Assembly (NCBI GenBank): GCA_027078545.1
Contig: JALWXN010000001.1
Location: forward strand, 18,347 to 82,346
Direction of reading: 5' to 3'
DNA: 64,000 bases
Source of the DNA: Nitrososphaeria archaeon
GTDB taxonomy: Archaea; Thermoproteota; Nitrososphaeria; Geothermarchaeales; JDFR-13
In this document: positions 1 to 8,188 of the stretch, piece by piece
Position numbering within the stretch: the first letter of the stretch is position 1
How the letters are laid out: the number at the start of each line of letters is the position of its first letter
Made by a program: the position numbers and the translations under genes
The notes under the pieces: generated by a model
Told to the model about the DNA's origin: nothing
Databases searched by the model: none
Seen by the model: only the letters and a program-made list of their open reading frames with translations

Positions 1-347
1 TCGAGGAATATCCTCTTAGACGTGTTTATATCCCCTGTGTAGAGGATCTTCCCGCCTATTAGGAAGGAGCGGGAGCCTAGTATGTGGCCCGCGTCGAATA
101 CCTCTACGTCCCTAATGCTCTCCACCACGTTTCTATACCTGTATCCCCTGGCCCCTGCCAGGAGGAGGGTCTCCTTGGAGGCTAGTACCCTACCCCTTGG
201 CCTATGGGGTAGGTGGTCTATATGGGCGTGGGATATGAGGTTGTAGTCGGCCCCCACCCTCGAGGGGACCTTGTCGAGAGCATATTTAACGCCTTGATAC
301 TCTACTAGTATCCCCCCGCCCACCCTCCTTATCGATAGGTTGGCCAT
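1..347 (-). CDS. Metallo-beta-lactamase-fold hydrolase, N-terminal part (gene continues beyond the window start)
   Basis: Absent from the ORF track because it is truncated. Reverse-complement translation from the ATG at 347-345 reads MANLSIRRVGGGILVEYQGVKYALDKVPSRVGADYNLISHAHIDHLPHR..., which contains the HxHxDH zinc-ligand motif of the MBL fold. Confidence 0.6.
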   Translation of the reverse strand, partial: MANLSIRRVGGGILVEYQGVKYALDKVPSRVGADYNLISHAHIDHLPHRPRGRVLASKETLLLAGARGYRYRNVVESIRDVEVFDAGHILGSRSFLIGGKILYTGDINTSKRIFL

Positions 348-412
348 CCCCGCTCAAGTTAAAATAATTTGTATGGCGGGAAATTTTATGGTCATTGGGT
401 GGGGTGTAGGGT

Positions 413-1630
413 TTGACCACGATTAAGATTGGTATAATAGGTAAGACAAACACTGGTAAGACAACCTTCTTCAACGCTGCAACCCTTCTAAATGCTGAGG
501 TCCAGCCATACCCCTTCACCACGAAGGAGCCTAATACGGGTATTGCACATGTATCGTCGCCATGTGTCTGCCGAGAGTTCAACGTGAAGGATGAGCCTAG
601 GAACAGTATATGTATAAATGGGTTCCGCTTCTACCCTGTGGTGCTGCATGACTTGCCGGGCCTGATAAAGGGTTCGCATCTGGGGAAGGGGCTTGGAAAC
701 AGGTTCTTGACTGTTGCTGGGCAGTCCGACGCCCTCCTACACATTGTCGACGCCTCTGGGAGTATTGATGCCGAGGGTAATATCGTTGAGCCTGGGTATG
801 GAGACCCGCTGGGGGACTACTATGATATTGAGGAGGAGCTGGTGCTCTGGTACCATAAGATCATAGAGGGTAATAGGAGTACCATCGAGAAGTATGAGAA
901 GACCATGGGTATTGTGGAGGCCCTCTACATAGTGCTCAGTGGGATCAAGGTTAGTAGGGAGCATATTGAGAGGTCCCTCGCATTGACTGGGCTCCAGGAT
1001 AAGCCCTTCGCCGACTGGACTGATGATGAGAGTAGAAACTTCGCCTATACAATTAGGGAGATCTCTAAGCCGACGGTGGTTGTGGCTAACAAGATAGACT
1101 TGGAGGGTGCGGAGGAGAACTATCTGAGGCTTAGTAATAATCTTAAGGATGTGGTTGTTATCCCGGCCTCCGCCGACTCTGAACTTGCTTTGAGGAGGGC
1201 TCAGCAGAAGGGGCTCGTCGAGTATGTACCCGGTACTGAGGAGTTCAAGGTTGTGAAGCCTGACCTCCTCAGTGAGAAGCAGAAGAGGGCTCTGGAGTAT
1301 ATGGAGCGCTTCGTGTTCTCGAAGATCATGAGGACTGGTGTCCAGTTCGCCCTGAACACCCTGGTGTTCAAGGTGATGGGCTACAAGTTTGTATATCCTG
1401 TGGAGGATGTTGAGAGGCTCAGTGATAGGAGGGGCCGTGTACTGCCCGATGTTTTCCTCCTCCCCCGTGACGCTACTCTGGTGGATCTGGCGAATGCTAT
1501 TCATAGCGATCTGCCGAAGTATCTCCTCTACGGGATAGATGTCAGGACTGGTATCAAGCTTCCCAAGGACTATATCCTGCATGACAGGGATGTGATCCAC
1601 CTAGTCCTGGCTAGGCGGAGGGGTAGATGA
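413..1630 (+). CDS. Obg-family P-loop GTPase/ATPase, YchF/OLA1-like, with C-terminal TGS-like domain
   Basis: 405 aa with a TTG start. G1 motif 'GIIGKTNTGKTTFFNA', G3 'HDLPGL', G4 'ANKID'. Its stop overlaps the next gene's start (ATGA). Confidence 0.85.
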   Translation: MTTIKIGIIGKTNTGKTTFFNAATLLNAEVQPYPFTTKEPNTGIAHVSSPCVCREFNVKDEPRNSICINGFRFYPVVLHDLPGLIKGSHLGKGLGNRFLTVAGQSDALLHIVDASGSIDAEGNIVEPGYGDPLGDYYDIEEELVLWYHKIIEGNRSTIEKYEKTMGIVEALYIVLSGIKVSREHIERSLALTGLQDKPFADWTDDESRNFAYTIREISKPTVVVANKIDLEGAEENYLRLSNNLKDVVVIPASADSELALRRAQQKGLVEYVPGTEEFKVVKPDLLSEKQKRALEYMERFVFSKIMRTGVQFALNTLVFKVMGYKFVYPVEDVERLSDRRGRVLPDVFLLPRDATLVDLANAIHSDLPKYLLYGIDVRTGIKLPKDYILHDRDVIHLVLARRRGR

Positions 1631-2550
1631 AGATAGTATATGTTGGTGAGGAGCTCTTCAGATATGGCTTCCCACCACCCCACCCCCTCAATAGTCGGAG
1701 ATATATACCTTTCATCAGGGCTGTGGAGGCACTGATGGGTAAGGAGGGGGTCGTGTTTAGGAGGCCTCCTAGGAGGGGTGAGGAGGTCCTCCTCCGGTTC
1801 CATAGGAGGGAGTATGTCGAGACTGTTAGGGAGGCTTCTGAGAGGGGTTATGGACTGCTTGACCGTGGGGATACCCCGGCTTATAAGGGTGTCTTCGAGG
1901 TGGCCCTTGAAAGTGTATATGCCACTCTAGACGGTGTCCTGAGTACACTGGATGGCGGTGTGGCTGTTAATATTGCTGGTGGGTGGCACCACGCCTTCCC
2001 GGATAGGGCCTCGGGCTTCTGTATATTCAACGATATCGGGGTGGCGATTGAGAGTATTAGGGATCGTGTAGACAGGGTTATGTATATCGATATTGATGCC
2101 CATCATGGTGACGGGGTGTATTATCCCTATGAGGCTGACCCACAAGTCTATATTTTCGATGTCCACCAGGATCCTACCACCCTTTTCCCAGGGACGGGTT
2201 TTGAGTGGGAGCGTGGTAAGGGGGAGGCTGAGGGCACGAAGATTAATGTGGCGCTGCCCCCGGGTAGTGGTGGCGGGCCTCTGAGGAGGGCTGTTGATAA
2301 GTGTGTCTCCTGGATGGATGAGGTTTCTCCGGACTATATTATTCTCCAGGCGGGTATGGATGGTGTTGTGGGTGACCCCCTTACCCAGCTCGACTATCCT
2401 CTGGGGGACTATCTCTATGCGGTGGAGAGGATCCTTAGATACGCTGTGGATAGGGGTGTCGGTATAGTGATGCTGGGTGGGGGAGGGTATCAGCCGGAGC
2501 TCTTCGGGACTGTATGGGGAGGTATACTGATCCGCCTCTATACGGTGTAG
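1627..2550 (+). CDS. Histone deacetylase-family (AcuC/acetylpolyamine amidohydrolase-like) zinc deacetylase
   Basis: 307 aa. Contains 'GGWHHAFPDRASGFCIFND' and 'IDIDAHHGDGV', the catalytic His pair and Asp/His zinc ligands typical of class I/II HDAC-like enzymes. Confidence 0.85.
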   Translation: MKIVYVGEELFRYGFPPPHPLNSRRYIPFIRAVEALMGKEGVVFRRPPRRGEEVLLRFHRREYVETVREASERGYGLLDRGDTPAYKGVFEVALESVYATLDGVLSTLDGGVAVNIAGGWHHAFPDRASGFCIFNDIGVAIESIRDRVDRVMYIDIDAHHGDGVYYPYEADPQVYIFDVHQDPTTLFPGTGFEWERGKGEAEGTKINVALPPGSGGGPLRRAVDKCVSWMDEVSPDYIILQAGMDGVVGDPLTQLDYPLGDYLYAVERILRYAVDRGVGIVMLGGGGYQPELFGTVWGGILIRLYTV

Positions 2551-3525
2551 GTGGTGGATAGCATTATCAGGATGCTGAAGGAGTCTTCGGGTAAGGCCCA
2601 TATAGATGTCTATAGGCATGGAGGCTTCATCACCCGTATCGTCTTCGAGCTCCCCCATCACCTCGTCAGTAAGGTTGGTTGGGTGGACTTCCTCGTCGAG
2701 GATATCGACCTAGACCTGGTCTCCCATGTTGAGAAGGTCGTCCTCAGACGTCTATGGGGATTTAGACCCGTAGTGCTGGGGCTTGTCACACTCTTCAATC
2801 TCGAGAGGCCCATGGTACCGGGTGATAGGCTTGGAGTCAGCCTGATAGATGATACTCCCCTGGAGTATAGGGTGGCTGGGTACTCTCCCCTAGTCGATAT
2901 TGGATACTCCTACTCGAGGGTGATGCCGAGTAGGTGGAGGCCGGGCTTCACCTGTCTGGATGAGCCCCCATATCTTGGTCTGGGTATCAGGTATCTAAAC
3001 TATCCGGCATCGCTGATCGATGTAGATCTCCTCACCAGGCTTGGGGATGGGTTGGTTCTACTCCCGCCGAACCCGTTTGGCCTTGTCGAGACCCCTGTGG
3101 AGATGCTTGGTGGTGATGTGGAGGTTGGTGAGGCTGGTGGGGAGGTTGTGGAGAAGTATGCCAGGGTGTTGGGTGAGCTCGGCGTGGATACTGGGCTTCT
3201 AGTCCCAGTCATATATGGTGGGGATCAAGTCCTACGTGCAACCCTGATCCTGGTCTCTGGTGGGACGGCCCATCCGGTGGGGCTTGTCTATGAGGAGGGT
3301 GGATATGTGGTTGATCTCTCCTATGGATATAGAGGGTCTAAGCCGGTGGTGGTGTTTAAATGGGTGTGGAGGGATCCGCCTATGGATGGAGATGTCTTCA
3401 CGGTTAACCTGGGTGTGGGTAGGTATCCCCCTCCTGCCCATCAATATGTAGAGTATTGGCGGGGTGGGAGGCTCCTATGGTCATCCTCGTCTAGACGTGG
3501 ATTGGTGGATCTGGTTCTATGGTAG
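2551..3525 (+). CDS. Hypothetical protein
   Basis: 324-aa ORF with a GTG start directly after the HDAC stop, so probably in the same operon. No motif recognised. Confidence 0.5.
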   Translation: MVDSIIRMLKESSGKAHIDVYRHGGFITRIVFELPHHLVSKVGWVDFLVEDIDLDLVSHVEKVVLRRLWGFRPVVLGLVTLFNLERPMVPGDRLGVSLIDDTPLEYRVAGYSPLVDIGYSYSRVMPSRWRPGFTCLDEPPYLGLGIRYLNYPASLIDVDLLTRLGDGLVLLPPNPFGLVETPVEMLGGDVEVGEAGGEVVEKYARVLGELGVDTGLLVPVIYGGDQVLRATLILVSGGTAHPVGLVYEEGGYVVDLSYGYRGSKPVVVFKWVWRDPPMDGDVFTVNLGVGRYPPPAHQYVEYWRGGRLLWSSSSRRGLVDLVLW

Positions 3526-4314
3526 TGGTGAGGGCCACTCCCTCTTGATCCCCGCGAGATAGATCTTCTCGATTAGGTTTTCCACCGTCTCGTGTGTCAC
3601 GCCCATCTTTCTGAGGCTCTCCTCGTCGATTAGCCCTGAGGATGGGACTATCCTCGCGAGTAGGTTGTCAAGTGTGGAGATCCCGTCTAGGCCTAGTCTC
3701 TCAGCGGTTCTGGCTAGTCTGGGGTCTATCCTCAGCTTCGAGATTATTCCTTCCATGCCGAAGTAGGAGGCTATGATGGGTAGGTCGCTGTAGTAGGTCT
3801 TTATGAGTGGGTGGTAGTCGACGGCCCTCATCTCTATAGTGTCGAACTCGCCGAGTATCCACTGTGTATATGTATATCTCCCCAGTAGGAACTGCCTATT
3901 CTTATCCGCGATGGCCCTGGCCACTATGCTTGATAGGGAGTATGTTATCCCAGCACCTCCTGAGCCTGTAACCTCGGATAGGTATGCCCTCATAACTGTT
4001 GAGGCGTCCCTGATCCTGAGGTTTTTTATAACTATTCTCTTTGTCTTTGCCCACCTAGCCAGGTCTCTGGGTACTCCTACGGCTCTTCCGTGGGGGATGT
4101 AGAATGCTGATAGGCTTGTCTGTATCTGGCTAGCTATGGATGTGGCTGCCGCTAGGGTTACTGCCCCCTCCCAGCTGCCGTCGATGAGTACTGCTATGCC
4201 TCGTAGGCCATATTCATCCATATAGCTGAGTATATCCTCCCTTAGATCCCTTAGTAGATGTCTAACATCGTTTCTACTTGTGAGTCTCCTAGCCCCGCTG
4301 GTGGGGATGGACAT
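3517..4314 (-). CDS. NAD synthetase (NadE)-like protein with degenerate PP-loop
   Basis: 265 aa. The layout is collinear with NH3-dependent NadE as I recall it: 'GIAVLIDGSWEGAVTLAAA' sits where 'GvvlGlSGGvDS' is expected, and 'ARAIADKNRQFLLGRYTYTQW..DYHPLIKTYYSDL' where 'ARiRm..LY..A....lvvGT.NksE..GY.TkyGD..D..Pi..l.K' is expected. The stop of the adjacent NAPRTase gene is 1 nt away. Confidence 0.5.
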   Translation of the reverse strand: MSIPTSGARRLTSRNDVRHLLRDLREDILSYMDEYGLRGIAVLIDGSWEGAVTLAAATSIASQIQTSLSAFYIPHGRAVGVPRDLARWAKTKRIVIKNLRIRDASTVMRAYLSEVTGSGGAGITYSLSSIVARAIADKNRQFLLGRYTYTQWILGEFDTIEMRAVDYHPLIKTYYSDLPIIASYFGMEGIISKLRIDPRLARTAERLGLDGISTLDNLLARIVPSSGLIDEESLRKMGVTHETVENLIEKIYLAGIKREWPSPLP

Positions 4315-4315
4315 C

Positions 4316-5539
4316 TTAGTCTCCCCACCCGAGGGACTTGATCCTCTCGAGCTGTCTCAGTACCCTCTTCCTCACTATATGTGGCATCTCCTCCGGTGGT
4401 ATATCCTCCTGTAGTATCTTCTCACCATTCTTTATGGCTGTCACCAGCATCTTCTCCATCTCTCCCCCGCAGCGTGGGCATCTCCCCACCTTTCCGCTCC
4501 TTGGGAGTACTAGGTATTCATAGCATTCCCTGCATCTATAGACCTCCTTGACGCCGCTGAACTTACCCCTCTTGGCTATTGGCTTGTTGTTGAGCTGTAC
4601 TATGTCGAGGGCGAAGTCGACTATCTTGGCGTTTGAGAGGCTTGCTCCCACGCCGTATCCATCCACTGGTGCGTCTCCAAGCCTCTTCACGAGCTCGATA
4701 TCCACGCCTCCAGAGAGGAATATCTTTACGTCTCTGTATCCCCGTAGGTCTAGCTCCCACCTCACCTCCCTGATTATTGTGGCTATGTCACCCCTCCTTG
4801 AGCCAGGTGTGTCGAGCCTGACACCATCGAGTTTCTCGCCGAGTGTCTCGGCCGCCTTTATGGCTTCGGTCTTCTCGTCAGCGAATGTGTCTATCAGGGC
4901 TATCCTGGGTACGTCTCTCTCCACGTGTCTGTCGAAGGCTTTCCATGCCTCCTCCTGGCTCCCCATGATTATCACTAATGCGTGTGGCATGGTTCCCATC
5001 GGCTTCATCCCGAGTATCTTGGCGCTTAGTATGGAGGAGACCCCGTCGAACCCACCTATGTATGCGGCGTAGTCGAGCATCGGGGTTATTGCTGGGTGCA
5101 TCCTCCGGGCCCCGAATGCTAGGAGTGTCTTGTCCCATGCATGGTATCTTAGGTGGGCCGCGTATGTGGCTACCCCGGTGGCTTGGCTCAGTAGTCCTAG
5201 GAGTGGGGTCTCGTAGATGGCGAAGTCGATGTATCTGCCTGAGATGTATCCGATGGGTACGCGTATCCCGTTGTAGTCATATGGCTTGAAGAGGGTGCCC
5301 TCCGGCAGGATCCTGAGGGTTATGGGTAGCCCTTCTAAGAGGTTTATGGCTTCATACGTCCCGGCGAGTATGCCCCATGTGAATCCGTATGGTAGTCCTC
5401 CCGAGGTTATCTCCATATCGACTTGTGCCTCTCCCCTACCCTCCTTCTTTAGTATGTCTACTGTGCGGATGAAGTAGATGTCTGTCGTCCCACCCCTCTT
5501 GATCTCACTCTGGGTGGCTACTAGGAATCTCCTATCCAT
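4316..5539 (-). CDS. pncB: Nicotinate phosphoribosyltransferase (archaeal type with C-terminal zinc ribbon)
   Basis: 407 aa. N-terminus 'TDIYFIRTVDILKK', 'GTMPHALVI', 'RLDTPGSRRG', and a C-terminal 'CRECYEY...CPRCGG' zinc knuckle, as in archaeal type II PRTases. Confidence 0.8.
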   Translation of the reverse strand: MDRRFLVATQSEIKRGGTTDIYFIRTVDILKKEGRGEAQVDMEITSGGLPYGFTWGILAGTYEAINLLEGLPITLRILPEGTLFKPYDYNGIRVPIGYISGRYIDFAIYETPLLGLLSQATGVATYAAHLRYHAWDKTLLAFGARRMHPAITPMLDYAAYIGGFDGVSSILSAKILGMKPMGTMPHALVIIMGSQEEAWKAFDRHVERDVPRIALIDTFADEKTEAIKAAETLGEKLDGVRLDTPGSRRGDIATIIREVRWELDLRGYRDVKIFLSGGVDIELVKRLGDAPVDGYGVGASLSNAKIVDFALDIVQLNNKPIAKRGKFSGVKEVYRCRECYEYLVLPRSGKVGRCPRCGGEMEKMLVTAIKNGEKILQEDIPPEEMPHIVRKRVLRQLERIKSLGWGD

Positions 5540-5561
5540 CTGTATGCACCGCCTAGATATG

Positions 5562-7346
5562 TTAATTGGTCTCTAGGAAGTAATATTCGCCTATCTCCTT
5601 CTGGTACCTGTCGAGCCTGCTGTCTGGCTTGTTTATCCTTGGCCTCCCGCTATGCCTATCGCGCCTCAGGGTTACCCCTACCTCCTTGAGGAAGGTGTTC
5701 ATCGCGTCTATCTTGTCCATAGGCTTTGTTGCGTATCCCCTTCTCGATGGTTCTCCCTTGAATACTATTATCCTGTCGGAGACCGCGTCCACCATTATTA
5801 GGTCGTGGTCGATCACGGCTGCTGGTTTCCCGCTCAGCTTTATGAACTTGTTTATCGCGTTGGCGAGTACTAGTCTGTCCTCCACGTCTATGAAGGCTGA
5901 TGGCTCGTCTAGTAGGTAGAGGTCTGCCTCCATGAGTAGCGTGGCTGATACGTAGAGCTTCTGGAGCTCCCCTCCTGAGAGGTCCTTCACCCTCCTCTCT
6001 AGTAGCTTGTATAGGTTGAGGGGTTTGAGTAGGTTGTCTACTGCCTGTCCTGACAGTGCCTTTGACCCGACCTTCTCTAGGAGGAAGTCCTGGACTGTGC
6101 CTTCGTACTCCGGCCTTATGTACTGGGGCTTATATGCTATCCTACCCGGCCCCACTATTATTTCTCCCTCATCCGGCTCCAGCTCCCCCACCAGCATGCG
6201 GAAGAAGGTGGTCTTGCCGGTGGCGTTCTGGCCCACTACCCCGACTACCTCTCCATTGTATATCTCCCCATCCTCCACCTCTAGGTGGAACCCGTTGAGG
6301 GTCTTGCTCAGCCTTGTATACTTGAGTATTGGGGTCTCCTCCACCTTGTGGCTTGGCTGTGGCTTCTCGAAGACTATCTTCCTATCCCTGAACCTTATGT
6401 TGTCGCCGGGGATGTATCCGTCTAGGAATATGTTTATACCTGTCCTTACACTCTCGTTTCGGGTGAATATGCCGTAGGTGCCCGGCTCTCCATAGACTAC
6501 TGATACCTGGTCGCTTACATAGTCGAGGAAGGCTAGGTCGTGGTCGACGAGTACTACGTACTTTCCTCTCTGGGCTATCTCTGTTATTAGCCTGGCTATG
6601 GCCATCCTCTCGAAGACGTCGTTGAAGCTGCTGGGCTCGTCTATCAGGTATGCATCCGCATCTTTTAGGAGTGCTGCTGCTAGTACGAGTCTCTGCACCT
6701 CTCCTCCTGAGAGGTTCTTGACGTCTTTGTCGAGGCTGTTCCCAAGGTTCAGCCTCTCCACCATGTAGTCTATCTCGCCCGTCTCGTCGGCCTTCCTGAG
6801 TAGGTCTATAACCCTGCCCTTCACTATCCTGGGGGTTAGGTATACCTCCTGTGGCTTGTATGATACTCTTAGCCTACCGTCGTATAGGTCTTTGAAGTAG
6901 TAGTATAGCTGTGTCCCTGAGAGGTAGTCTAGGACTGCGTCTCTATCGGGCTCCTTCTCTAGGTTGCCCAGGTTTGGTATCAGCCTGCCTGACAATATCT
7001 TTATGGCTGTAGACTTCCCAGTCCCGTTCCTACCCACTATTCCGAGTACCTGGCCCTTTAGGGGTGTGGGTAGGCGGAAGAGTCTGAAGCCGTTTACGTC
7101 GTATTGGTGGATCAGGTCTGTCTCGAGCTGTTGTGGCAGGTTGACTATGGTTATTGCGTTGAAGGGGCATTTATTTACACATATTCCACAGCCTATGCAG
7201 AGGGGCTCGTTGATATATGGCTCCCCCTCTATGAACTCTACCGCCATTATACCCATCTTTACGGGTGGGCAGAACCTCTGGCATTCATGGTTACACTTGT
7301 CTGGGTTGCATATGTCCCGGTCTATTACGGCTACTCTTAGCACCAT
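5562..7346 (-). CDS. abce1: ABCE1 / RNase L inhibitor-type ribosome recycling ATPase
   Basis: 594 aa. N-terminal diferredoxin-like domain ('CNHECQRFCP', 'CIGCGICVNKCP') followed by two ABC domains ('GRNGTGKST', 'GQNATGKTT', 'LSGGE' twice). Confidence 0.95.
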   Translation of the reverse strand: MVLRVAVIDRDICNPDKCNHECQRFCPPVKMGIMAVEFIEGEPYINEPLCIGCGICVNKCPFNAITIVNLPQQLETDLIHQYDVNGFRLFRLPTPLKGQVLGIVGRNGTGKSTAIKILSGRLIPNLGNLEKEPDRDAVLDYLSGTQLYYYFKDLYDGRLRVSYKPQEVYLTPRIVKGRVIDLLRKADETGEIDYMVERLNLGNSLDKDVKNLSGGEVQRLVLAAALLKDADAYLIDEPSSFNDVFERMAIARLITEIAQRGKYVVLVDHDLAFLDYVSDQVSVVYGEPGTYGIFTRNESVRTGINIFLDGYIPGDNIRFRDRKIVFEKPQPSHKVEETPILKYTRLSKTLNGFHLEVEDGEIYNGEVVGVVGQNATGKTTFFRMLVGELEPDEGEIIVGPGRIAYKPQYIRPEYEGTVQDFLLEKVGSKALSGQAVDNLLKPLNLYKLLERRVKDLSGGELQKLYVSATLLMEADLYLLDEPSAFIDVEDRLVLANAINKFIKLSGKPAAVIDHDLIMVDAVSDRIIVFKGEPSRRGYATKPMDKIDAMNTFLKEVGVTLRRDRHSGRPRINKPDSRLDRYQKEIGEYYFLETN

Positions 7347-7441
7347 GTCTATCCACCCCCAATAATTATTCTAGGCCCCTCTCCCCCTGAGCCCCGTGTT
7401 CAAGACCCTTAATATATATCTATTCCTGGTAAATTAGTGGG

Positions 7442-8143
7442 GTGGTGTCCTGCCATATGAGTAGAGCAGGTGGTGTGACTACTAATCCTATCGATATGTT
7501 GAAGTGGAGCATCGACTGGATGGCTAGGGATAACAAGATATGGATATACCCTGTCCTCCTCTCCCTCATCTCCGGCCTACTCATCTATGCCCTGAGCATC
7601 GTCTTCCTACCCGCAGCGATCCTCCTACCATTCGCGATATTTGTATGGTGGCTCATAGTACTAGTGGTTAACCTGCTTATCCAGCTCGTCATATACGTCC
7701 TGATGGTCATCAGTGGTAAGATGTTTCTACAGGCCTTTACCGAGGGCTCTACAGACTTTGAGAGGGCTAAGAGGGAGGTCCAGTCCGCGATCGGCGCATA
7801 TATAGTCGTAGGTATAATAGCTGTGATCCTCGGCGCCCTCATCATAACTGCGCCGCTGGGTATTATGCTGGTTGTCTACTCCATCCTATACGATCCATCT
7901 AGGATCGCTGAGAACCTTGAGAGGGGCTTCAGGGCTATCATAGATAACCTCGCCCATGTACTTATCTTCATAATCATCTCTATAGTGGCTGGTGCCCTAC
8001 TATCCCTATCCGGCTCGTTGCTCTCGATACTCACCAACCCGTTGTCGACATTCCTGAACATTGCTGTGCTGGGTGCCTTCGTCTATCTCGCCGCTGAGTA
8101 TGAGGGTCTAGGTGGGGAGGAGGCTGGTCCTGAGGAGGTCTAA
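7442..8143 (+). CDS. Hypothetical multi-pass membrane protein
   Basis: 233 aa with several long hydrophobic segments. A TATA-like 'TTAATATATATC' at about 7409-7420 lies about 27 nt upstream of the GTG, consistent with a leaderless transcript. Confidence 0.5.
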   Translation: MVSCHMSRAGGVTTNPIDMLKWSIDWMARDNKIWIYPVLLSLISGLLIYALSIVFLPAAILLPFAIFVWWLIVLVVNLLIQLVIYVLMVISGKMFLQAFTEGSTDFERAKREVQSAIGAYIVVGIIAVILGALIITAPLGIMLVVYSILYDPSRIAENLERGFRAIIDNLAHVLIFIIISIVAGALLSLSGSLLSILTNPLSTFLNIAVLGAFVYLAAEYEGLGGEEAGPEEV

Positions 8144-8188
8144 GGCGTTATAACCCACATTCTCTATACTAGTCTGTCTTGGTGCGCT

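Noticed and set aside
737-1600. Long antisense ORFs in the track: 737..1600(-), 1927..2661(-), 8933..9541(-), 17185..17832(+), 24759..25289(-), 39194..39847(-), 40291..40818(-), 50136..50708(+), 51888..52739(+), 57541..58437(-)
   Set aside because: Each lies entirely opposite a gene with strong family motifs (GTPase, HDAC, Lhr, ligase, ABC ATPase, stomatin, NfeD, NrdJ, malic enzyme, AlkP). Their translations are low-complexity (Ser/Leu/Pro/Arg-rich) with no recognisable motif. They are typical shadow ORFs of a moderately GC-rich genome.
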